This document shows positions 9,508-16,551 of a stretch of DNA of 31,244 nucleotides, in pieces. Position 1 is the stretch's first letter. Each line of letters opens with the position of its first letter. The translations under genes and the position numbers were made by a program. This stretch comes from an uncultured virus (IMG/VR IMGVR_UViG_3300037459_000123) (Duplodnaviria > Heunggongvirae > Uroviricota > Caudoviricetes), in the IMG/VR virus record IMGVR_UViG_3300037459_000123. The stretch is one strand, 5' to 3'. The notes below the pieces were generated by a model that searched no databases, was not told the origin of the DNA, and saw only the letters and a list, made by a program, of their open reading frames with translations.

Positions 9508-9987
9508 ATGGCGACTCCCGGGCTCAAACGATTTCAGGAGCTAACAGATCGCGTCGCTGTGCTGGAAGCAGCGGGCGGGGGTGGTGGTGCGCTCAAGCGC
9601 ACGATCAACATGAGCACCGCCGAGATCGCGGCGGGCACCGGCACATCCTCGTCCAAGACGGGCATCGATCTCCGGGCCGGGGCGATCATCGACGGGCTCC
9701 GCATCATCGTCAACGAGGGGATCTCGGGCGGCGGGGTCACGACCCTAGGGTTCTTTGTGGGGAAGGCGGGGGCGACCAGCTTCATCTCTGCCGGAGTCGT
9801 CGGCACCCTCGACCTGACCACCCCCGGCAGCGAGACCCAGGGGGTGAACGACAACCAGGAAGACATGGGTGGAATCATTCCCCGGCTGGAGATCACGGCG
9901 GCCAGCAACCTCGACAACATCACCGCGGGCGACGTGACGATCGAGATCCTGTACCACGACGTCGACGACGCGACTGAGGGGCCCTAG
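9508..9987 (+). CDS. Putative short fibre/decoration protein
   Basis: N-terminus resembles that of 8426-8881, followed by a G5 linker and beta-rich domain ending 'LDNITAGDVTIEILYH'. Confidence 0.7.
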   Translation: MATPGLKRFQELTDRVAVLEAAGGGGGALKRTINMSTAEIAAGTGTSSSKTGIDLRAGAIIDGLRIIVNEGISGGGVTTLGFFVGKAGATSFISAGVVGTLDLTTPGSETQGVNDNQEDMGGIIPRLEITAASNLDNITAGDVTIEILYHDVDDATEGP

Positions 9988-9991
9988 TATC

Positions 9992-10028
9992 TTGACCCCG
10001 CGCTGAGAGTCGGCGCAGACTCACGCCC
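9992..10028 (+). promoter_or_regulatory. Putative leaderless promoter, class B (TTGACC-N18-CAGACT-N7-ATG)
   Basis: TTGACC 9992-9997, CAGACT 10016-10021, cACGCCc, ATG 10029. No SD. Confidence 0.55.
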
Positions 10029-10427
10029 ATGGACTGGCTCCAGGAACATCCTGAACTGCTGACGACCATCTTGGAGATCATCCTTGCGGTGATCGGGTGG
10101 CTCGGCGCGCAGTTGCTCAACGAGGTCCGCAAGACCCAGAAGGGCAAACACGCCAACGAGACCCTCGACCGGTTGGAGCGCATCGCTGCGATGGCGGTCA
10201 AGGACATCGAGCAGACGCTCCTGCCTCAAGTCAAGAAGGCGGCCAAGGATGGCAAGCTCTCGGACGAGGACGTCGCCAACTTGCGCGCGGAGGCGGTCGG
10301 GCGCGTCATGACGCTGCTCGGTACGTCCGGCAAGAAGGAACTCGACGGGCTCGTGGGCGACGTCGGCGAGGCTGTCATCATGGCCATCGAATCCAAGGTG
10401 TCCGAAATCAAACGAGGGAAGCTATGA
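10029..10427 (+). CDS. Putative holin (LL-H-like)
   Basis: One N-terminal TM helix, then 'IAAMAVKDIEQ...GKLS' and 'IESKVSEIK', the LL-H holin pattern. Confidence 0.65.
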   Translation: MDWLQEHPELLTTILEIILAVIGWLGAQLLNEVRKTQKGKHANETLDRLERIAAMAVKDIEQTLLPQVKKAAKDGKLSDEDVANLRAEAVGRVMTLLGTSGKKELDGLVGDVGEAVIMAIESKVSEIKRGKL

Positions 10428-10807
10428 CAGAGCGAATGCTAGGCCGCCTGTGCGTCGGCGTGATGGTCGTGGCGATGTTCGCCATCGGATGCAACACCCT
10501 CAAGGACATCGGCCGGACGATCAACGATGCGGCCAGCATCATGTGCGAACTGTTCGCGCTGGAGCAGGGTGAGGAGGCTCTCGGCATGTCGGCTGGGGAG
10601 TGGTGCAACGTCCACGACAACCTCAAGCCGTTCATCGACGAGGCACTTGCAGCGCAGCGTGCGGCCGGAGCGATGAGCATGGGCAGGATCAACGCCACAT
10701 CGGGCGGCGAGGACCCGGAGCCACCGTCAGACGGAGACGGTAAGGCGCCGGAATCGGTGCCCGACGACAACCCCGAGCCAGCGGCCGAGGCCGAAAGCGA
10801 GGACTGA
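10424..10807 (+). CDS. Lipoprotein with acidic Pro-rich tail
   Basis: ATGA overlap. MTERMLGRLCVGVMVVAMFAIG-C signal and lipobox. 'GCNTLKDIG' is reminiscent of entericidin-type lipoprotein starts. Confidence 0.65.
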   Translation: MTERMLGRLCVGVMVVAMFAIGCNTLKDIGRTINDAASIMCELFALEQGEEALGMSAGEWCNVHDNLKPFIDEALAAQRAAGAMSMGRINATSGGEDPEPPSDGDGKAPESVPDDNPEPAAEAESED

Positions 10808-11271
10808 TGGCGCGAGATCTGAAACTCATCCGCCGGGTGACGGCGACGGGCGGCGCCTGGGCGGGCGATGCGTCTACCTGGAGCCAGGGGACTCCACCGG
10901 TCGTGGCGACTGTGAATGCTCTTGAGGTGGGCAGCCCGATCATGCCGTTGGTGATTGGTCGTGTGGATGCTCATCACGGCTCGGTCATCAATCGCGGCGC
11001 GGCTGGGCTGATGCGTGTGATCGGCGCCGACGCTGCGCGCCGGTTCCTTGTGGACTACTACGTCGAGATGATTCTCAAGGAGAATGGTCAACCCGATGTG
11101 GTGGAGTGGAATCTCCTGAAGGGTTCGAGCCCGGTCGATACGGGTACTCTGGAAGATTTCACCACCGATCCGGCGTGGTTGCAGGACGCCAAGATTGCGT
11201 TTCATCTGACGCCGATTGGGGGTTCTCTCGCAGAAGATTCCGTTGTTGAGATTTGGGCGGCTGACATCTGA
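10807..11271 (+). CDS. Hypothetical protein
   Basis: TGATG overlaps at both ends. Confidence 0.65.
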   Translation: MARDLKLIRRVTATGGAWAGDASTWSQGTPPVVATVNALEVGSPIMPLVIGRVDAHHGSVINRGAAGLMRVIGADAARRFLVDYYVEMILKENGQPDVVEWNLLKGSSPVDTGTLEDFTTDPAWLQDAKIAFHLTPIGGSLAEDSVVEIWAADI

Positions 11272-11690
11272 TGGGGATCGGCGACGGGGTAGCGCAAGGC
11301 GGGACACCGGGCGGAGCCATCGTCGAGGGGTTGGCGATTCCAACCCCGGCCGCAGGTGCGGAGCGGACGCTCACTGACCAGGCAACGATTGCCTACCTGG
11401 TGAAAAACGGCGTCAACGCGAATGTCACGCTGGGCGGCAACCGCGTCTTGAACTGGACCGGCGTGGCGCCCGGGGACGAGGGGAAGATCCGCATCGTCCA
11501 GGACGGCACCGGCACTCGGCTGATCACGGCTTATCAACTGAACGGTGTAGAGGACGACGTGAAGTTCGGCGGAGGCGTCCCGCCGACCCTGACCGCCACT
11601 ATCGGGGGGGTTGACATTTTGGAGTGGTATTTCGACGGGGCAGTCATCCACCTCCGCGTCTACGCCTTGGACAGCCGCCTCGCCGCCTAA
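11271..11690 (+). CDS. Fibre-associated domain protein, paralogous to the C-terminus of 5239-5835
   Basis: 'VTLGGNR...IVQDGTGTR...PTLTAT..GVDILEWYFDG'. Confidence 0.7.
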   Translation: MGIGDGVAQGGTPGGAIVEGLAIPTPAAGAERTLTDQATIAYLVKNGVNANVTLGGNRVLNWTGVAPGDEGKIRIVQDGTGTRLITAYQLNGVEDDVKFGGGVPPTLTATIGGVDILEWYFDGAVIHLRVYALDSRLAA

Positions 11691-11693
11691 CCC

Positions 11694-12500
11694 ATGCCGC
11701 TGTTTCCATCCAGGCGGAAGGGACTCGGCTACCGTGAGGACCCTGTCGACAAGCGGGATCACGGGCTGGAAAAGCTCGGTCTCGGAGACTCGCACCTGTC
11801 GCTGCGTTACAGCATGCGAGCAGACGTCCCGACTATTCTCGATCAGAAGGCAACCTCCTCGTGCGTGGCTCACACGTTTGTGGCGGCGGTGCATCTGCTG
11901 GAGGCGCGCGCTGGTCATTCTTACAACCCCGTCTCGCGGCTGTTCGCCTACTACAACGCCCGGCGGATGTATCGGCCCCGAGGGTTGCTGACTGATTCGG
12001 GGACCTACCTGCGTACCTGTGCCAAGGGGATGCAGCGGCTCGGGATCCCGGATGAGATCCACTGGCCGTTCTCCGCGTTCACGCTCAAGATCAACCGGCG
12101 GCCGAGCTTCGCCGCGCAGATGCGTGCGCACCCGCGCATGGGTGGGCTGTACGTTCGGATCCTTGAGTCTGGAGACGAGCGGATCAAGGCGCTCAAGGCG
12201 GCGGTGTCGGCGGGCTACCCGGTCGGCTTTGGTATCTCGGTTTCGGATGATATTTTCGATGTCGGGAGTGACACGATCCAGAAGCCTGCGCTCTCGGATC
12301 CGATCGTTGGCGGGCACGCTATGCTGATCATCGGCTATGATGACAACGACGGGGAATGCACGTTCGAGATTCAGAACTCCTGGGGTACGAGTTGGGGCGA
12401 TGACGGATTCGGATGGATCTCGGAGGAGTACATTCGTTGGCGCCAGGCGCGGGACTTTCAGATCATCTACGGATGGCGACGAGCGGAGATAGTGGCGTGA
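11694..12500 (+). CDS. Papain-like cysteine peptidase (C1A, xylellain-like)
   Basis: Oxyanion Q and catalytic C in 'DQKATSSCVAH', His in 'GGHAMLIIGYDD', Asn in 'IQNSWGTSWGDDGF'. N-terminal 'GYREDPVDKRD'. Confidence 0.92.
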   Translation: MPLFPSRRKGLGYREDPVDKRDHGLEKLGLGDSHLSLRYSMRADVPTILDQKATSSCVAHTFVAAVHLLEARAGHSYNPVSRLFAYYNARRMYRPRGLLTDSGTYLRTCAKGMQRLGIPDEIHWPFSAFTLKINRRPSFAAQMRAHPRMGGLYVRILESGDERIKALKAAVSAGYPVGFGISVSDDIFDVGSDTIQKPALSDPIVGGHAMLIIGYDDNDGECTFEIQNSWGTSWGDDGFGWISEEYIRWRQARDFQIIYGWRRAEIVA

Positions 12501-12820
12501 GGAGTAAACATGTTTACCTCTTGGCTCTGCTCCTGATCGCGTGCGTGCGAAAGGATATGCCGCCGCTACCGGTCACGCCGAACCAGGACGAGGCCGAGGA
12601 CTGCCCGGCGGCGTGCGAAACCATGGAACGTTACCAGTGCCCAGGTTGGCGCGGCTCGCCGGGTGCTGATGACGTCTACGGAACCGAGGACGACGTCCCG
12701 TGTGATCAGGCGTGCCGGGAGATTGTGACGGCGGACATCAGCGCGAGTCTCAATCAGCAGTGTGTTGCAATGTCCACGTCGTGCCGGATGGTGGAGCGTT
12801 GCTTCGAGGAGGGTGAGTAG
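12497..12820 (+). CDS. Cys-rich lipoprotein
   Basis: GTGA overlap. MRSKHVYLLALLLIA-C lipobox. CxxxC pairs (CPAAC, CDQAC). Confidence 0.7.
   Translation: MRSKHVYLLALLLIACVRKDMPPLPVTPNQDEAEDCPAACETMERYQCPGWRGSPGADDVYGTEDDVPCDQACREIVTADISASLNQQCVAMSTSCRMVERCFEEGE
12502..12521. promoter_or_regulatory. 20-bp site with palindromic core GTAAACATGTTTAC, copy 1
   Basis: GAGTAAACATGTTTACCTCT is the exact reverse complement of 27151-27170. Confidence 0.5.
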
Positions 12821-13018
12821 ATGCAGACGAGCGAACCGGTATGTGAGGGGAAGTTTTGCTTGGGCCATTTCGACACTGACGAGACGTGCGGCAAGCCGCG
12901 CACCCAGCAACCGGAAAAGGTCGTGATGCATCAGCACCGCAACCTCCAGGAGCGCGTGCTCACTTCGGAGACGTTCGAGTCGCGTGATCGTAAAAAGGAG
13001 GACAAGATCCTCCTGTGA
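12821..13018 (+). CDS. Hypothetical protein
   Basis: Abuts the upstream stop, GTGA overlap downstream, GGAGG SD. Confidence 0.5.
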   Translation: MQTSEPVCEGKFCLGHFDTDETCGKPRTQQPEKVVMHQHRNLQERVLTSETFESRDRKKEDKILL

Positions 13019-13743
13019 GCACGGACATCATCATAGGCGAGGTCAATCACCCGCTGTTCGATCAGGCTGGCAAACAGATCAACGTCCTCAACTGGCACGA
13101 GACGGGCTTGGAGTTTCACCCGGGCGACGGTCACAACAAGGCGCGCGATCCCAACATCCCGATTGAGGTCTGCGTGTGGCATTGGACCGGCGGCGAGGGC
13201 GAGCCGGACGGGATGTTCAAGACGCTGATGCGGCGCAAGTTCGGGATCGAGTTTGCGATCGCTCGCTCGGGTGTCGTCTACCAGTTCTGCGATCCCATCG
13301 AGGTCGACACCGCTGATGCGGGGTTCCTGAATCGCCGGAGCGTTGGCGTCGAGGTTGTCAGTTACGGGTTCCGCGGGCCATGGCACAAGCCGAGCAAGTG
13401 GATCATCCCCCGAGTCGCCAAGGATCGCGAACTGCGCAAGGCGTTCTACCGGGGTAAGAAGCGCACGATCGCAGACTTCTACCCGCGGCAGTACCGCTCC
13501 GCTGTTGCGCTGGCCAAGCTGTTGTCCGAGCACTTGCCGATCCCGGCGGACACGCTGTCGTTCGAGCCCACACAATGGGTCAACGGGCCCGAGTATTTGA
13601 ACCTCCAAACCCGTCAGCGCATCGATGATTTCAAGGGGCATCTGGCTCACTACAACATCAGCCGCAACAAGCTCGATTGCGGACCGCTGCTCATCGAGGA
13701 GTTCCGACGTTCGTTTGACCTCCAAGGAGCGGCGGTCTGTTGA
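13015..13743 (+). CDS. Endolysin, N-acetylmuramoyl-L-alanine amidase (Amidase_2)
   Basis: Zn-amidase motifs 'CVWHWT', 'N.RSVGVEVV', 'GHLAHYNISRNKLDCG'. AAGGAGG SD. Confidence 0.85.
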   Translation: MSTDIIIGEVNHPLFDQAGKQINVLNWHETGLEFHPGDGHNKARDPNIPIEVCVWHWTGGEGEPDGMFKTLMRRKFGIEFAIARSGVVYQFCDPIEVDTADAGFLNRRSVGVEVVSYGFRGPWHKPSKWIIPRVAKDRELRKAFYRGKKRTIADFYPRQYRSAVALAKLLSEHLPIPADTLSFEPTQWVNGPEYLNLQTRQRIDDFKGHLAHYNISRNKLDCGPLLIEEFRRSFDLQGAAVC

Positions 13744-13991
13744 CCGACTTTCTCGCCATGCTCAAGGAGTTCGGCCCGTACACCACGCCGCTCGCGGTGG
13801 CGATGGCCTATGTGATCATTCGGCTCGCCAAGGAACTGAAAGCCGAGCGCACCGAGGTTCGGCGCTTATTGATCGATCGTGGTGATCATCGCGAACAGGC
13901 ACAGAAGGACTACATGGAATATGGCGAGGTCATGCGGAATACGCTGCGTGATTTCGCGATCGCTGCGCAGGCGCTACTAGCTCGGGGGTAA
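13740..13991 (+). CDS. Small membrane protein (holin/antiholin-like)
   Basis: TTGA overlap, AAGGAG SD, one TM helix followed by a coiled coil, adjacent to the endolysin. Confidence 0.6.
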   Translation: MTDFLAMLKEFGPYTTPLAVAMAYVIIRLAKELKAERTEVRRLLIDRGDHREQAQKDYMEYGEVMRNTLRDFAIAAQALLARG

Positions 13992-13992
13992 C

Positions 13993-14229
13993 GTGAGCAT
14001 GTACGAAGCCGTGATGGAGTTTTTTGCGGTGTTCCGCGAACCGCCTGATCGAGTCGCTCTCCGAGAGCGCGCGGCCGCCGCTGATCTCAATGCGTCATCG
14101 CAACGCGAAGTGTTCCGCGAGGTACTCGCCGAGTGCGACACGCGACCAAAGTCCGGGACCCTGGATGATGTCCGTGATAGGCTCGAAGTTGAGGACAAGT
14201 TGATCCGCAAGGCGTTGGGCGATGGGTAA
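13993..14229 (+). CDS. Hypothetical protein
   Basis: Tightly packed ORF in the lysis cluster. Confidence 0.5.
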   Translation: MSMYEAVMEFFAVFREPPDRVALRERAAAADLNASSQREVFREVLAECDTRPKSGTLDDVRDRLEVEDKLIRKALGDG

Positions 14230-14878
14230 CGACAAACGCGACAAGCTCAAGCAATCGGTGATGGGATTGGAGAATCCCGTGCGTTCGTCGCGCCCGCCTG
14301 TGCCGCCGTCGATTGCGACTCATCGTAGGCATCCTCCGAGTCCACAAGAGACTGCCGATGCGATCCGGCTACAGAAGTCTGCGCCGCGTCCAGCGCCAGA
14401 TGTAGACCTCGAACTCATCCGCCAGGCATGGGTCTCGAACAAGCAGACCATGGAGGAGACGCTGACCGCGATCGGAAAAAACGAGGACAACAATCGGTTC
14501 ACTCGGCGTGTGAGTTACGTGACCATGCTCGTGGTCATCTGCGGTACGGTGATCAACGTGAACTCCAACAACACGGTCCTCGCTGTCGCTGAGGAGGCAA
14601 ACGCAAAACTGACGCACGTCGTCAAAGCGATGAGCGCATCCAACCAGGCCGAGCTTGCGGAGGAGCGGTTGGAGGATTCGATGATGCTGGCCGAGCCGTT
14701 TGAGGAGGTCCGCACTGCGCGTGCGGCCGCGACGGTCTACGCGCTCAAGGCCGAGATTGCGACGGCCTCCAGCGAGTCGGCAAAGGTGAAGGCGCGCGCC
14801 AAGCTCAAGAAGGTTGCCAAGAAGGCCAAGTCCGCCGGGGTAGACGATGACGTTTTGAGCGGCTTGGATGACCTCTAG
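14222..14878 (+). CDS. Single-pass membrane protein with helical C-terminal domain (possible i-spanin-like)
   Basis: TM 'VSYVTMLVVICGTVINV' followed by an Ala/Glu/Lys-rich helical region. Confidence 0.55.
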   Translation: MGNDKRDKLKQSVMGLENPVRSSRPPVPPSIATHRRHPPSPQETADAIRLQKSAPRPAPDVDLELIRQAWVSNKQTMEETLTAIGKNEDNNRFTRRVSYVTMLVVICGTVINVNSNNTVLAVAEEANAKLTHVVKAMSASNQAELAEERLEDSMMLAEPFEEVRTARAAATVYALKAEIATASSESAKVKARAKLKKVAKKAKSAGVDDDVLSGLDDL

Positions 14879-14894
14879 CGCGCTATAACGGTTC

Positions 14895-15764
14895 ATGAGA
14901 GTTGTAATCCTGGCTGCCGCCCTCCTGGGTGGCTGTAGCTGTGCGGCCGAGATGCAGGCCCCAGACGACGCGGGGCGCGACGCCGGGGCTCCTGAGAGGG
15001 CTGACGTGGGGGAATCGGGTGATTCTGGCCCTCCGCCAGCCCCAGCGTCGCCCCAGGCGCCGATCGTGTTCGACCCCTACCCGTTTGACACCAGGGGGAT
15101 GAGCGCGGTCCAGCGGGGCAACCTCCGCCTGGAGGCGTGCTGGGTGGCTCGGGTGGGCATCAACGAGAACAGCCTACCGATCCGTATGTTGGACGTTGGG
15201 CCACCGGGTCGGCTCGGGACTGGGGGCGTACCAACTGACGACGTGTGGGGGATCTTACAAGTGGCGGTAAACACCACCTACAGGTCGGACAAGGGCTATT
15301 TCCTGGAGGGGCTCAAGCGACATGCCAGCCACGTCACCAGGGTGCGTAAGGTGACCCGCCACCGGCAGGAGTGGACAGGCGAGCTACCGTGCCGGGGGGC
15401 CGAGATGCCGCCCTCCTGGCGCGACCAGCACGCGGTAAAGCCCCATCGGCGGGTTGATGGGGACTGGCGGATCGCGGCGATGCTCTGGCCCAAATACCGT
15501 AAGGCAGTAATCGGTCACATCATGCGCGGCGAGGCCCCCGAAGCCTGCCCCGGGAAGCCGCGCAAGTGGGGGAATCGAAAGGACATCTGTCACTCTCGAA
15601 ACTATGGGTGGTGCATCCTGCCGTGTGGGGACCTCAACTACTTCTTGGCTCGACCTGGTCAGGGGTGCGAACTGACTCCCGAAACCAACCCGATGAGCTA
15701 CTGCGAAAACGGGCCCGTTGAGATGACCCTCCCGGCCTCGGTGGCGGCTGGCCGACGCCTCTAA
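14895..15764 (+). CDS. Lipoprotein, possible SleB-like cell-wall hydrolase
   Basis: MRVVILAAALLGG-C lipobox, DAG-rich/Pro linker, 'WVARVGINE...ILQVAVN' loosely like the Hydrolase_2 catalytic helix. Cys-rich C-terminus. Confidence 0.6.
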   Translation: MRVVILAAALLGGCSCAAEMQAPDDAGRDAGAPERADVGESGDSGPPPAPASPQAPIVFDPYPFDTRGMSAVQRGNLRLEACWVARVGINENSLPIRMLDVGPPGRLGTGGVPTDDVWGILQVAVNTTYRSDKGYFLEGLKRHASHVTRVRKVTRHRQEWTGELPCRGAEMPPSWRDQHAVKPHRRVDGDWRIAAMLWPKYRKAVIGHIMRGEAPEACPGKPRKWGNRKDICHSRNYGWCILPCGDLNYFLARPGQGCELTPETNPMSYCENGPVEMTLPASVAAGRRL

Positions 15765-16126
15765 AAGATCGCCTCGATGTGTTGCTCGACGACGTTTGAT
15801 CGCTTGACGGCAATGCGGGTGCGGGCGCAGGAAACACAAGCCTCCCGGCTCGTTTCGCTGCTCTCTCTCGCTCCCCGAGTTGTTGCCAGTGGTGGACGAC
15901 CGGGAGGCTTCGATCCCTTTGTTGATCGGAGAGGGGCCGTTCTAGACTCTTCGGCACTATTACGCCTAGTGGCGAAGCCACCGAAGGCGCGCAAGCGCCG
16001 CGCGGCGAAGCCGCAAACGGATCAACACTCGATCGACAACCGATCGACAAGCGATCACTACCCGAGGCCCCGAGTTGCGCAGGGGGGTCTAAGTTCCGCT
16101 CCCGGCACCATAACGGATATGCACTG
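15765..16126. other. Structured intergenic element (candidate origin/ssDNA priming site or ncRNA)
   Basis: Perfect 11-bp IR (15838-15848/15900-15910), several hairpins including two GCGAAGC minihairpins, 11-bp-phased GATC repeats, and imperfect flanking IRs. Confidence 0.55.
16020..16063 (+). repeat. Four 11-bp tandem units beginning with GATC
   Basis: GATCAACACTC, GATCGACAACC, GATCGACAAGC, GATCACTACCC at 16020, 16031, 16042, 16053. Confidence 0.7.
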
Positions 16127-16381
16127 ATGGCACCACGCAAAGTCAGACCGCTACCTCCGACCAAGGTAGCGCACGCACGGATCAGTAACGCGACCGGCTA
16201 CCGGACGATTGTGCTCATGCGATTCAGACACGAGTCATATGAGGTGACGACAAACCTCCACGACGGGACCAGCGCGAAGCTGGAGACGGTCAACGTGAGT
16301 TTCAGACGCCGGTCCGACGCCGTGCTCGCGTGGATGGACGCGTGTGCGATCGAGTTGACGGATCTCGACGATGGGAACTGA
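16127..16381 (+). CDS. Hypothetical protein
   Basis: TGATG coupling to the RHH gene. Confidence 0.55.
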   Translation: MAPRKVRPLPPTKVAHARISNATGYRTIVLMRFRHESYEVTTNLHDGTSAKLETVNVSFRRRSDAVLAWMDACAIELTDLDDGN

Positions 16382-16551
16382 TGGCCGCGAATAATAGGAT
16401 GTTGGTGACCTGCACGATTTATACAACCCCCGAGCAACTGGAGCGTCTCAAGCTGCTGGCGGCCCGCCGTAAAGTTTCGGTCACGTCGCTGGTACGCGAC
16501 GGCATCGATTTGGTGCTGGCCAACCCGCCGGACTGGGGCTCGCGCGGATGA
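16381..16551 (+). CDS. Ribbon-helix-helix DNA-binding protein
   Basis: 'VTCTIYTTPEQLERLKLLAARRKVSVTSLVRDGIDLVL' shows the RHH pattern. Start at the TGATG overlap. Confidence 0.85.
   Translation: MAANNRMLVTCTIYTTPEQLERLKLLAARRKVSVTSLVRDGIDLVLANPPDWGSRG

Noticed and set aside
9471..9977. 168-aa Arg/Gly/His-rich alternate-frame ORF
   Set aside because: Frame shadow of 9508-9987 in high-GC DNA. Its TTG is part of the TTGACC box.
14876..14889. TAGCGCGCTA palindrome and TATAAC -10-like box as a fifth class A promoter
   Set aside because: Only the GCGC-TATAAC junction matches. No correctly spaced -35 box or full operator, so it was not annotated.
15777..16127. 116-aa + strand ORF across the structured intergenic region
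   Set aside because: No SD, no recognisable motif and atypical composition. The sequence is better explained by hairpins and repeats, though coding is not formally excluded.
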